Below are positions 50,900 through 63,429 of a stretch of 64,000 nucleotides of DNA, piece after piece (positions within the stretch are counted from its first letter, which is position 1; each line of letters starts with the position of its first letter). Both the position numbers and the translations under genes were made by a program. Below the pieces are notes generated by a model. That model was given only the letters and a program-made list of their open reading frames with translations, was not told where the DNA came from and ran no database searches. This stretch comes from Stegostoma tigrinum (Eukaryota), in NCBI RefSeq assembly GCF_030684315.1, contig NC_081393.1, positions 16,301,479 through 16,365,478 of the forward strand, given 5' to 3'.

Positions 50900-51934
50900 G
50901 AACCTTATCAAACGCCTTACTTAAATCCATGTATACTGCTCTATCTTCATCCACATGTTTGGTCACCTCTTCAAAGAATTCAGTACGGTTTGTGAGATGT
51001 GATCTACCGCTCACAAATCCATGCTGACGATCACAAATCAAACTGTGCCTTTCCAACTGTCTTTCAGAGCCTTTTCCAATAATTTGTCCATCACTGACGT
51101 TAGACTAACTGGCTTGTAATTTCCAGGGTTATCCCTAATCCCTTTTTTGAACAAGGGAATGACGTTTGCCTATCTTCAGTCTTCCAGCACTGTACCCGTG
51201 CACAGTGAGGATGAAAAGACCACCGCCAAAGGCCCTGCGATCTCTTCCCTCACTTCCCGTAGAATCCTTGCATAAATCCCATCAGGCCGGGGGGACTTAT
51301 CTATCTTAAAGTTCCTCAAAATTCCTAGCACATCTTCCTTAACAATATTGACCTCCTCTAGCTGATCAGCTTGTTTCGCACAGTCCTCTTCTACAACTTG
51401 GTCCCTCTCAGTTGTGAATACCAAAGAAAAGTACTCATTCAGGACCTCTCCTATCTCTTCATGCTCCGTGCACAAATTCCCTTTACAATCCTTGAGCTAC
51501 CCTTTCTCCGGTCATTCTCTTATTCCTCACGTATGTGTAAAAAGGCTTGGAGTTTACCTTGATCCTATCTGCCAAGGTTTTCTCATGCCCCCTTACAGCT
51601 CTGCTAAGCTGTTTCTTCAGTCCTTCCTGGATAACTTGTATCCCTCTAGAGCTTTTTCCGTTCCTTGTTTCTTAAACCTTACATAAGCATCCTTCTTCCT
51701 CTTAACCAGACGTTGGACCTCCCTTGAGAACCAAAGCTCCCTCACTCGACTGCATCTTCCCTGCCTGCTTTGGACAAACATGTTGAGCACACGGACTATG
51801 TATTCCTTCAACAATCTCCACGTTTCAGTGGTGCCGTTCCCGGACAGCGTCTGTTCCCAATTTATGTTACCCAGTTCTTGCCTAACAGAATTGTAATTAC
51901 CCTTGCCCCAATTATAAACCTTACCTTGCTCTTT

Positions 51935-52040
51935 GTAGCTCCTTTTCTGAAGAAGGGTTTAGGCCCGAAACGTCAGCTTTCCTACTCCTCTGATGCTGCT
52001 TGACCTGCTGTGTTCATCCAGCTCTACACCTTGTTATCTC
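51935..52040 (+). mobile_element. Penelope 3'-end fragment with intact hammerhead core (51947-51974), sense to VDAC3
   Basis: CTGAAGA-agggtttaggccc-GAAA-CGTC followed by one family arm; inserted in a CR1. Confidence 0.85.
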
Positions 52041-52782
52041 TTATTGTATGTACCTATTCTTTTCCATGACTATTGTAAAAGTAACGGAGTTATGATCGCT
52101 ACTGCCAAAATGCTCTCCTACCAACCGGTCTGACACTTGGTCCAACACAATTAATTTGTTCATTGCCAAGCACCAAATCCAAAGAGGCCCCTCCTGTGTC
52201 GGTCTATCTACAGGGACATACCATGTCCCTCAGAATTCCCTCCAACAACTTGCTGACTACTGATGTCAGGCTCACTGGTGTTTTGGTCCCTGGCTTTTCC
52301 TAAACCACCTATTTTAAATAGTGGCAGCACGGTAGCCAAACTCCAGTCTTCTGGCAGCTCGCCTGTGGCTATTGATGATATAAATATATCAGCAAGGGAC
52401 CCAGCAATCTCTTCCCTAGCTTCTCACAGAGGTTTAGGGTACACCTCATCAGGTCGTGGGGATTTATCTGCCTTTGTGTTTGAGGATGATCAGCACCAAT
52501 GTAAACTCTACAGTATAGACATTTTTTTAAGGTGTTGCTATTTATTTCTCCATGTTTTGTACCTTTCATATCGTTGTCAACAGAAAACACTGATGCAAAA
52601 TACTCAGTAACTCCCCCATCGCCTGCGGTTCCTGATGTAGCGGCCTTGCTGATCTCTCAGGGGCCTTTTTCTCTCCCTAGTTACCTTTTTGCCCTTGTTT
52701 GTAGAACGTCTTTGGGTTCTCCTTTACCCTGATTGCCAAAGCTGTCTCGTGCCCTTTTTGCCCTCCTGATTTTCCTTTTAAG

Positions 52783-53119
52783 AGGGCTGGCACGGTGGCT
52801 CAGTGGCTAGCATTGCTGCCACACAGCACCAGGGACCTGGGTTCGATTCCGCCCTCGGGCAGCTGTCTGCATGGAGTTTGCAGATTCTCCCCGTGTCTGC
52901 GAGGCTTTCCTCTGGGTGCTCCGGTTTCCTCCTATAGTCCAAAAATGTGCAGTCTGGGTGGATTGGCCTTGCTGTAAACCAAAAATTACCCATGTGATTC
53001 AGGGATACGTAGATTAGTTGGGTTGTAGGGAGATGGGTCTGGGTGGGATTCTCTGAGGGTCATTGTAGACTTGTTGAGCCGAAGGGCTTGTTTTGACACT
53101 GTGGAGATTCTGTGGATTG
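52783..53119 (+). mobile_element. Full-length tRNA-derived V-SINE (HE1-like)
   Basis: A box tggctcagtgg, B box ggttcgattcc, V-domain ggagtttgca..ttctccccgtgtctgc...ctccggtttcctcc. Confidence 0.88.
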
Positions 53120-53751
53120 TACTCCTACTGCCCATATACTTGTCAAGGGATTCACTCGATCTCTGCAGTCTATACCAGACACGTGCTTCCTTCTGATTCT
53201 TAACCCAAAACCTAAATTTCTCTCGTCATCCAGCATTCCCAATACCTACCAGCCTTGCCTTTCATCCTAACAGGAGAATCTCCTATCACAATCGATCACT
53301 TAGAAATTGGCGTACCCCTCGTTACATCAGAGCCAATATTGGTACCAGAAAGCTGACTGTCAGCGCTACATTCCACTGAGAGTTCATTAACCCCTACATT
53401 TTCCATAACAGCATTTGACTTTAAGATGTAGATAGCTGCAGACTTCTGCACTACCTGCCTCCCTGTCCAACCTTTGCTGGAACTCACCCATCTACTTGAC
53501 TGCCTTTGGTTTATCACCCTCCGTTCAAGTTCCATCCGGCACACCCCCTATCTCCTGTAAACTCCTCGTTGCCTCTAATTGCTGCTTCACCCGATCCATG
53601 CGATCTGATAGGATTCACAACCAAATACATTTCCTTCAGACATAATTGTCAGCAACATGGAAACTTCCTTAACTCCCACATCCAACAGGAAGTACACATC
53701 ACCATACTGAAGACCATCTTTGCAACTTGACTGTCTCTCGATCCAGAAAGT

Positions 53752-53970
53752 AGGGGCAGCACGCTGGCTCAGTTGTTAGCATTGTTGCCTCACAGTCCAA
53801 AGATATTCAGGCTAGGTGGATTGGCCGTGCTAAATTGCCCCTGGTGTTCAGGGATTTGGAGATTAGGTGGGTTATCGGGAGATGGCTCTGTGTGGGATGC
53901 TGTCATGGTTGGTGTGGACGTGTTGGACCGAAGGCCAGTTTGCACACTGTCAGGATTCTATGATTCTATG
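53752..53970 (+). mobile_element. Internally deleted HE1-like SINE
   Basis: Same head and 3' part as the 52783 copy; tail gattctatgattctatg. Confidence 0.8.
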
Positions 53971-55159
53971 AAAATAGCAGTCTTACTGCTCCAGGCTAAC
54001 TTAGTCCCTACGTTTTTGTATTTCTAAAGTTTAATCGAGAGAGACTGAATAAAAACATGTAATCAGAAAAGAACCCACTTTATTCACGATTGTAGATTTA
54101 CAAACAAAAAACAGTCAAGTTACACTTTAAAACTAGCCACTTAAGTGCTCCCCTGCTGTGAGCTCCCCCACATAGGTTTCTCTGAGGTCAGCTGTAAATT
54201 TCGCTGTTTGTTCATTTTTTTCTTAGAACAAAGTCTGATGTCCAGGGATACTTGAAACCAAACCCCAAAGCAGCTGTACATGTTACTGCTGGGTCAAACA
54301 GCAGTGTAGGTTTCTTTCTCTATTTGAATCACTTCCCGTATCGTCACTGCCTTTGTCTCCCGTCCTTTTTAAAGTGCTGTTGTTTCCATCTTTGTTTAGG
54401 AGGTTTGGGTAAAAAAAATGCAACACTTATAATACAGTAATTACTGCTCCTAGAATTCGAGGAAATCAGCTCCAACACTAAAATACCTCAAGTAATGAGC
54501 AGTTCTTACTGCCACAATTTTTCCCGCCTGCCATCTTGGATTACCCAGAATCCATCCATTTGTTAAATTTCAGCAAGTCTAATGTATTGAAAAGAGTGCC
54601 ATCATGGACTGTAGTATAACAAATGAGAACCAAACAGCACTTAGTAATCCCCTGACCTTGATGAATCATTCACCTTGTTGACTTTTTAAATAACTGGCTT
54701 GTGAGGACCTAGTGACCCTTTTGTTGAGGGCTGTGGGTGGGGATCAACAAGAACTGTCCTCCATATGAATTTTCTCCCATCTGGCATGTCTTATGTTGAG
54801 ACGTTTACAGTATTGTGCATCTAGCATTAGACTACATTGGCCATACCTTTAACCGCATTGTAACCTGCCTATTTGCAGGCTTCTGCAGTCGGGTTGGGTA
54901 AGAAAAGAGCGTGAGTGAATGGAAAAGGTGGGACCCTGCGGCAGTCTAGGGGGTTTGGTGTATGTTCCGGTTGCCAGAATATGAGATCCCCTTTTTCTCC
55001 GTGTTATTGAAAACCTCTCGTCAGCCACGTTTGACAATAGCTCCTCTCAAAAACAAAGCATGTATTTTCTATCCAGGTCTCTCAATTTTGGAAATTTTAG
55101 CTGCATTGTGTTGTTTGTGCCTTTACCTCAGTAATGCTCAACAATCCATCAGCTGGGAC

Positions 55160-55577
55160 TGGAGGATCTCAGTTCTAGGGAGAGGCTGGATAGGCCGGGA
55201 CTCTTTTCACTGGGCCGTATGAGGTAGAGGGGTGACCTCTTTACCATAGATATAAAAGCATAGATAAGGTGAATGGCAGGTGTCTTTACCCTAGGATGGG
55301 GTTGCTCAAAACCATCGGCATATTTTCACGGTGAGAAGAGACAGATTTAAAATGGACCTGAGGAACCTCTCTCACGGTGGGGTTTGTTTTGGAACAGGCA
55401 GGTGCAGTCACAACATTTTAAAGGCATTTGGACGGGTACGTGAATAGGAAATGTTTGGAGGGATACGGCCCAATTGTAGGCAAATGGGAGTGTTTTAGTT
55501 TGGGAAACCTGGTTGGCACAGGCGAGTTGGATTGAAGGATCTGTTCCGTGCTGTGTGACTGTGACTGTGACTATGAC
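55160..55577 (+). mobile_element. CR1 3' fragment ending in (gtgact)n
   Basis: Homologous to other CR1 3' ends; tandem tail visible. Confidence 0.75.
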
Positions 55578-56819
55578 AGATTCTGTCTCGGTATTGGCTT
55601 TAGCAGAGGCCGACTCCCTTATATCAGCCTAAACCCTTGCAAGTTCTTGCTGAAATTACTCGGTCCCTGTTGCTGGCGCCTTTTCCGAAGAGCTGCTGCA
55701 GACACAGTGGGCTGAATGGCGACTTGTCACCGATTGACAATGGCACAACATTGCATCCAATTTACGATATTTAAACTCACCTTTTGTCAGAGGCAGCATT
55801 TTAACAAATAGTTCCATTTAATTTCACAAATGGCAATACCTATTCTGTCTGCTTTGCTTCAGCAGCGCCAACAAAGAAGAGAAACCGTTTGTGACTTGGG
55901 ACCCCGAGTCCATTTTGTTGGATCAATCAGGAAGACAGTCACTAGCTCTCGGTATCTGGGGAAATACATTGATCTTGCTCTTCTTTATTTGAAGCCCCTA
56001 ACTGGCATCCTCAGTTCAGTTATTGCCAGCCAGTCTTCACGATGTCACCTGTGCTCACGATATGAGCAGGGAGATCAAACACCATGCTCCTGTCTGTTTT
56101 GCATTCGAAAGCCCTTTCAGCTAATGACGTAACTCCATTTCCTTCCTGACTTTGGAAGAAAGTGGGGCGATGACTGCTTCTGCATGGTTTGTTGTTCTCT
56201 GTCCTCCTCTGTTTCTGTGCCGGTGCAACTGTTGTGTAAGCCGACATGTGACTTTTGACCTGATTGTTCATATTGAATACAGGCAAAATGATTAATTTGC
56301 ATAAAATTACCGTGCCTTTATATACAACAGGAGTGGTCACTGAGTGCTTTGCACTTGCAATGAACATGCAGGACAGTTGAAGTTCATAACTCCTTCCTGC
56401 TAGTGCCAGTAGTGCTGATGCAATCATACCTGATATAGTAACTTGGCTACTTGCAAAGCGATCCCAAGAGTGACATTTGAATTTCCAGTCCTTCTGAGTT
56501 ACTGTGCAGTTCATTCAGACAAGGAATTCTGTCTCCTCCAGCTTCAGTGTACTCTGCAGTGATTCAAAACTGCCATGGATTTAGAATCGAGTGGAACCCT
56601 ACAAGTGCTTTCGCCCGGAGTTGACTGAGAGCAGAACTTCGAGGAATCCTTGTTTGGCTTTGAACAGTAGCTGTCTGCATAGTCGTTTTAGCATAAGCTG
56701 TATGCACTGTGTCTTAGTGCCTGGGTTCGAATTGAATGTAACATATGGATTCTTCAAACTGTGAAATGTACTGGGCAGTAATGTTTCAGGCCGAGAAAGA
56801 GAAAAAAAGAAGCTCGGTA

Positions 56820-57612
56820 GGTTCAACCTGGATAAATGCAAAGTGATGCATTTTGGAAGGTCGAACTTAAATGCTGAATATAGGATAAAGGCAGGATTCT
56901 CAGCAGTGTGGAGGAACAGCGGGATCTTGGTGTTCAAATGCATAGCTCCCTCAAAGTTGCCACCCAGGTGGATAAGGTTGTTAAGAAAGCATATGGTGTT
57001 TTGGCTTTCAGTAACAGGGGGATCGAGTTTAAGAGCCACGAGATTATGCTGCAGCTCTACAAAACCCTGGTGAGACCACACTTGGAATATTGTGTCCAGT
57101 TCTGGTGGCCCTATTATAGGAAAGATGTGGAGGCTTTGGAGAGGGTGCAAAGGAGGTTTACCAGGATGCTGCCTGGACTGGAGGGCTTGTCTTACGAGGA
57201 GAGGTTGACTGAGCTCGGACTTTTCTCTCTGGAGAGAAGGAGGAAGAGAGGTGACCTGATCGAGGTGTACAAGGTAATGAGAGGCATGGATAGGGTTGAT
57301 AGCCAGAGACTTTTCCCCACGGCAGGATTGAGTGCCACGAGGGGTCATAGTTTTAAGGTGTTAGGAGGAAGGTATAGAGGAGACGTCAGAGGGAGGTTCT
57401 TCACCCAGAGAGTTGTGAGCGCATGGAATACTTTACCAGTGGTAGTCGTGGAAGCGGAGCCATTAGTGACATTTAAGCGACTGCTGGACATGCACATGGA
57501 CAGCAGTGAATTGAGGGGAATGCAGGTTAGGTTATTTTATTTTTGGATTAGGATTATTCCACGGCACAACATCGTGGGCCGAAGGGCCTGTACTCTGCTG
57601 TACTTTTCTGTG
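56820..57612 (+). mobile_element. Young 5'-truncated CR1 LINE (ORF2 C-terminus)
   Basis: ORF 56908-57615 with LYKTLVRPHLEYCVQFW.PYYRKD, RGDLIEVYK, FFTQRVV..WN. Confidence 0.93.
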
Positions 57613-58026
57613 TAACACTGGGTTAACTACTGTTCGGGATGGGGTTCTCATTTGAGACGGCAACAGGTTGAGGGGATGCCATGAGAATGTCAGAACATTC
57701 AACATTATTCAAGGATTAAGTGAACTTTTTGGTCATATACTGCATTGGCACAAACACAATGAATCACCTGAGACTCAACACCTTCCTATTCACTACAAAT
57801 CCTAGCCACTTGTGACCACCTCTCGACTGTCTGTGTGGGTCAGTAAAGGATTGGTTTTGTATTTCAAGCATTGTTGGACTTTCTTGGAAAGTGCGAGACT
57901 ATAGGTGAGTTTTAATCCCCAGAGTTTCCTGCGTTTTGCATTTTGTATTACTTGTGGTCTATTAGTAGTGACGTATCGATCTCATGCTGATTTGCTCCGT
58001 CACACACTCTTATTTTCGTTTCTTAG

Positions 58027-58076
58027 GGTTTGGTTTGGTGAAGCTGGAACTCAAGACCAAATCATCGAGTGGAGTG
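58027..58076 (+). CDS. VDAC3: VDAC second coding exon ((G)FGLVKLELKTKSSSGV)
   Basis: Acceptor tttcttAG, 50 nt, donor GTGAGT; size and sequence typical of vertebrate VDAC genes. Confidence 0.93.
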
Positions 58077-59128
58077 GTGAGTTTTCAAAATTACAGGGAG
58101 GCAGATATGGTGAGAGCGGCAGAAACACACCAGATTGGAATGGACAACAATGTTTTTATCAGATCGTGAGAAACAAGACAAAACATGCCCGCACCCTATT
58201 AATGTTTCATGTTTTGCAGACAGGGCCCTTCTACAGGCTGGTAGTGTTGCTGAAGGTCGTAATTTCTTTTGATGATCAGAGAAGAGTATTGCAAAAGATC
58301 AGTGTGGGTGGCTAAGATCAAAAGAAATAGGCACAGGTATAAGCCAGCTTTGGCCTTTTTGAGTCAGCTCTGATATTGAGTTAGATGCTGGCTGACTAGA
58401 CTGTGGCCTTAACCACACTTTCCCAACTGTCCCATGTATATTCAAAGTCCAAGTCTCCACTGTCTTCTGTTGTACCACTGCTATTGTATTCCATTGTTTT
58501 TGCAATAAATGCCCGACTTCCATTTGCCGTGCTCCGAGGACACTACATGTGCTGTAGGTGAGGCTGAGACAGAATAATGTTAAGTTGCATGTAGGTACGG
58601 AGATGTCAGAGACGGTTCAGTTCTGTTGACTGCTTTAATATTTGTGCGTTACTTGTATTGGCACAATCTGGATTAATTTGCTTTAATCATTGAAACAACA
58701 ACAGTATGTTCAGACTGGAACATTCAGTCATTCTGTGGATACCTTTCCAAAAAATAATGCTTATTCCTGCTTTGGTTATCCTTTAAATTATCCAAACATT
58801 CTGAGTTCTGTGTCGTGTTAAAATCTCCTTCAGACATGAGAAGCATGCTTTGACAAATGGGATGGCTGTACTCTGATGAATAAACAGACCGGTCGAATGA
58901 AAGCCACTGACCATTAGTGTGTTGATACTTGCAAAGCCCTTACTTTGTTTAAAAGTTGAATACTGTACTGACAGCCCTCAGTTCTGGTTTCATGTCTGTT
59001 GTACTGCATCTTGTCTGTCGCTACATGTGTAGAGACCTGACCTTGCCAGCTGGAATCTAACCTACTTACTTCCTGTTTGCTTTCTCTGTCCTGCTGCTTG
59101 ACCCCCTTGTGCTGGATCGCTCCGTCAG

Positions 59129-59131
59129 ATG
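59129..59131 (+). CDS. VDAC3: Alternative 3-nt micro-exon ATG (single Met between V39 and E40)
   Basis: ...pyrimidine tract...tccgtcAG|ATG|GTAAGA in the same phase-0 intron where mammalian VDAC3 has a known single-codon ATG exon. Confidence 0.85.
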
Positions 59132-60803
59132 GTAAGATAACTTGACTAAATCCAACTGCTGACTCTGATGATTCCGCTTCTCTGTCCTCCTGATTGAACA
59201 AGCACAATGTCTACGCCACTTGTGTTTGCAGTGCTTTTCTTTCCAGTTTTTTTGCCACTGGGAATTGGTAGGATAGTTCTGGGTTGATGGGTAACAGGAC
59301 CAAATCTTCACATTGTTAGTAGAGATTTGATCGTCTTCTATTCATTATGAGTTTAAAACTCCCATTGAAAACTCGCACTTGCCTTTCGGAGTAGTGTATG
59401 AAAACTGAATGGGATCTGTCTAGTTGAACTGCAGTTTGCCTCATTCGAGACTGAATGCTCTATACCAGAGTACAAATTAGTTGGTTTCCCCTCATTTACC
59501 TCTGGATAATTTCCTGCTGGGCTGTTCCCTTTCATTGTAGCTGCGAGAAATCTGTCATTGTGGTTCTTGTATTTGAGGCCACCATGTGAGCTGTTTGTTT
59601 AATCTTGCTGCTCTGTATTGTACTCATTTACTAGAACATCGCTGGCGGTATTGCGACTGTATACACCCTGCTGCTGTTGCCTTGTTCTGCATTCTGGCTT
59701 TTTGCTGTTACTGCTGACTTTGAGTAACTTGGGTAACCAATCAAAACTCTCGGCTTAATTCAGGACTTTGGCATCAGTGTTAGAGTATCAATTAATGTGT
59801 ACTGTATAGAAGTAAAGACCTGTCTCCCTCTGCAGCGTACAATTCCTGTTATAATCCCAAAGATTTAAACTTAATTTTCTACAGTGTTTGGTAGTTTGTG
59901 CAGAATCTGTCACCTTCTTTTGAGAGTTGCAAGGTATCGTACTTAGAGATGAGTGTCTCTGCTGCATGTTATCAAAACTGCGATCTTAGTGTGGAAGATC
60001 AGTAAAGAATAGGGTCTCTCTGAGCAGTGTTTTCTGGATAAGCTTCCTTTAGACCAAACATGGGAAACTGAAAGAAAAGGTAATCGTAGTCTCTCAAATC
60101 TCTTCATTGTGTTGAGCACCTCAATTACAACAGAATTATTCGTGAAGAACAGCACTCGGGTGTATCACTGAAGGATGTTGTCGAGCATCAAGCTATATCT
60201 GCAGCCAGTGTAGGATGCTGTCGTGGAGATCATCCAATGGTTTTGTACTGTGGTTACTTAGTACAATTTTTCATTTGTTGCTCTGTTTCCTTTAGCATTA
60301 GTAAGTGGAGAGAACTTTGCAGGCAGCCCAGGCTTGATTCCTGGTACATTGATCTGTTAAGCAATCGATTGGGGAAGGAGATGCCTCCACGTCTTGTGCT
60401 TTGATCTCCTGAGGGATCCCTCAGAATGGGTGAAGGGAGCTAGAAAGTCCAGTAACAGTAAAATCTTTCATAAGTGTTGTTGGCGGCAGAGAGAGAGAGC
60501 AGAAGGAGCCTTTGATTGGAAACAACCCACACCATTGTCTGACTTGCAAATCTGTATTACATCACCTCTGAAGAATATTGACTTCATATGATTTTTGCTG
60601 ACTCCTGTCATATCGTTGAAATCGGGTTGAGGTATAGAATAATGTATAGTTCAATAATTTGTGATGTAACGACCGAAATATGGACGAGTATAGACAGGCT
60701 GTTTCGATATTCGGTATGTTTTATCTTTGTATTGATGCCACCAGCAAAGGGAAGAGAAGTTTTGAAAGATTGATTGTGCTTCTTCACACGCTTACTTTCG
60801 CAG

Positions 60804-60956
60804 GAGTTTACCACCTCCGGCTCTTCAAATACTGACACGGGCAAAGCTACGGGCAGCCTGGAAACCAAGTACAAGCTGAAAGAGTATGGACTCACCTTCA
60901 CTGAAAAATGGAATACTGATAATGTTTTGGCCAGCGAGATCACCATCGAAGATCAG
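60804..60956 (+). CDS. VDAC3: VDAC third coding exon ([51 protein letters not shown])
   Basis: Acceptor tttcgcAG, 153 nt, donor GTAGGT; conserved KWNTDN motif. Confidence 0.95.
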
Positions 60957-62876
60957 GTAGGTGTTGCATGTATATTGCAGCCTGGTACTGGGGAGGGACC
61001 ACGAGAGTATCTTCATAGAGTTGTCATAATGTCAACGCAGCCTGTTGGGTGGAAATGATTTTCTTACAGTGCCTGTAGGTTCAAGCTGAGGTTCAAGAGA
61101 ATAATGGACAGTCTTTTTAAATCTTGGTGATATGGAACAGAGCAGTTCTGCATAGGATATGTTCCGTTATATATGCTAACTTGAAAATTGCCTGTTGACA
61201 TTTTTACGACATAGATGAATCTGTCTACTCTTTGTTTTGTCGTTCAGTTCCGATACTGTTGTGGGGGTCCACTTCGCTCACTGTCTAATTCCAGTTTAAA
61301 AGAACAGACTCAGTTGCAGCAATGGCGTTGATTGAAAACTCCCTCCGCTGTGTGAAGGCATTTGTTCGCGCTAGAGAACACTCTAACAACAATTGTTGAC
61401 ACTTTAAATAACAATCATTTTTTGGCCCAGTAACTGCTGACTGGATTTTAGTAATTATCCACTCTCGCTGCTCATAATAACCTGCTTTTATTGTTGTGTT
61501 GCTGTTTTACTTTGGAACTTACAGGCAGTGTCTGATATTAATATTGATATTAAGTTTCAAGATCCTTCACAGGAATGTTAGCTTGCTTTGATGAATGGCT
61601 ATTTTGTACTGTACTGTAATGTGTTCTGACTCGCGAACAAATTGACTCATCCATTGGTAACCCAGGGCCTGCCTGCAGTTTGAGATGCTACTCTCATTTA
61701 TGGGACTGTCATCTGCATGCCAAGACAGGAAATAAGTTTCCTTTTCTAAAGTGAATTAGGTGCTGTCCCTTGGTGGCTACGACTGTTCCAATCAAAACCT
61801 ACTTGACTCTTTGAGGCTTAAAATCTGGGTAGAAATCCCAAGCCCTACAGAGATTTTGAGTGGAGAAATCAACACTGTTACAATTCTCTTCTACGTATGA
61901 CTGAGACAGAAAAAGTAGGATGGATGTCTAATGTATCTCACCCAAGGCAATGCTTAATTGTAACATGGTTTAGGGTAAGAGAGAGTGTTACTGTTATCTG
62001 TCTCATGGGCAGAAGTTGGATTCTGTACCTAAGCTGTGCATCACTCCTGGAGAGCTGGATGACATTCACTGTTGCTGCAGAACAATGCTGTTGCTTTTGC
62101 AGTGTGACTTCTACTGCTCAATGATCAGAACTCTTTGCCTGGCACCACAACAACTTCAGTGTTAAGACAGCCTGGAACCAAACTTGTGTTCATTGTCTGA
62201 TGCTTACTGATGGACGATGCTGTAAAACTACAGAAGAGCTGGGTGTACAAGCTGTGCCGTGTTGCTTTTTTATGAGGTCTGGCGGGAACCTGGATCTGGT
62301 ATTGCTGTAATGTTAATGTTGGGAAGGTATGAGAAAGTTTTAATATTCAGTTGGGCCTGGGATTTTAAGCAGTGAAGAACGGACTTCCAAGAATTGTTTA
62401 CGACCTCATTACAGCCAGTGAATAACTTTGAAGTTTACTTGATGTTGTATTTAAAAGTATAGGTTGAAGGGTAACACCCTAAGAAATGTTCTGCTCCCTT
62501 TGAAGTGCCATGTGATCAAGTGTGACCATCTGGGCAGACACAGTGGTCCTTGGTTTAATATCCCATCTGAAAGACAGCACCACCAGTGGTGTTGCATTCT
62601 CTCAGTATTGCACTTGAATAACAGTCTAGGTAAGTTGCCTAGGCCTTTGAATTGAGGCTTGTCCCCACAAGTTCAGATTGTGCTGAGTGTGCGATTTATT
62701 GAATGAGCACTGATCAATAAATTGGGGAATCTACCTAAATCAATGGCTTAGATGTTTTGAAAAGTTATCACAACACAAACGTTTCACCTCACCAAATCCG
62801 TGTAACAATTGTTCGGTAGTGTTAAACCAAACATATAAAACAAAATTAACTTCCCTTTTGTTTCTTTTTCTTGCAG

Positions 62877-62929
62877 CTTGCTAAAGGACTGAAGCTGACT
62901 TTTGACACGACATTCGTACCAAATACAGG
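62877..62929 (+). CDS. VDAC3: VDAC fourth coding exon (LAKGLKLTFDTTFVPNT(G)); gene continues beyond the window
   Basis: Long polypyrimidine acceptor ttgcAG, 53 nt, donor GTAAGG; GLKLT.D..F.PNTG motif. Confidence 0.94.
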
Positions 62930-63429
62930 GTAAGGTTTTCATTGTTACTTTTGGTTCATCCTTGGCGGGGATGGGTTTGAACAGACTGCTTAATGAATTC
63001 CACCTGTAATGTGTGCAAGCTGGCTAATCTCATTGAGTAATATTGTATCGTCTGCAAGGGGCACCAAGCTTGTGTATGTTTTCTTAAAGTGGCACACATG
63101 AGACATGGAGTGGAGCTTATAACAGGGTGAGAATGACAATAATGATATTGCATGTGAGAGCCTGACAAAGTGTGGCCAGTGACAAGTTGTGGATGACGCT
63201 TTTAGTACTTAGTGCCTTTTAATATAATGAGACACTCAAGGCAATAGACACGAGCGTTTTTAGGCAAAGTTTGACACTGAGCCAAATGACAGGTTATTAG
63301 GCCCAGTGACCATAGCTGGGTTAAGTGGGTAGGGTTTAAGGAGTGTCTTCAGTGAGGAAAGTGACCCACCAAGAGGGATTTCCATAACTTGAGGCTCAGG
63401 CAATTGAAGGCACATCTGATGCTGACGGA

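Larger units (their letters stand above)
49367..52212 (-). mobile_element. Younger CR1 LINE nested in the older CR1
   Basis: Own (agaacat)n tail at 49367; ORFs 49776-50444, 51176-51475, 51617-51814. Confidence 0.9.
48085..53290 (-). mobile_element. Older CR1 LINE hosting nested insertions
   Basis: RT remnants 48868-49056; sequence resumes co-linearly at ~52222 and again at ~53120. Confidence 0.8.

Noticed and set aside
56599-57348. 249-aa minus-strand ORF
   Set aside because: Antisense shadow of CR1 ORF2.
57895-58600. AG|GT juxtapositions (57904/5, 58557/8, 58594/5) as recursive splice sites
   Set aside because: No adequate polypyrimidine tracts and the introns are short; likely chance.
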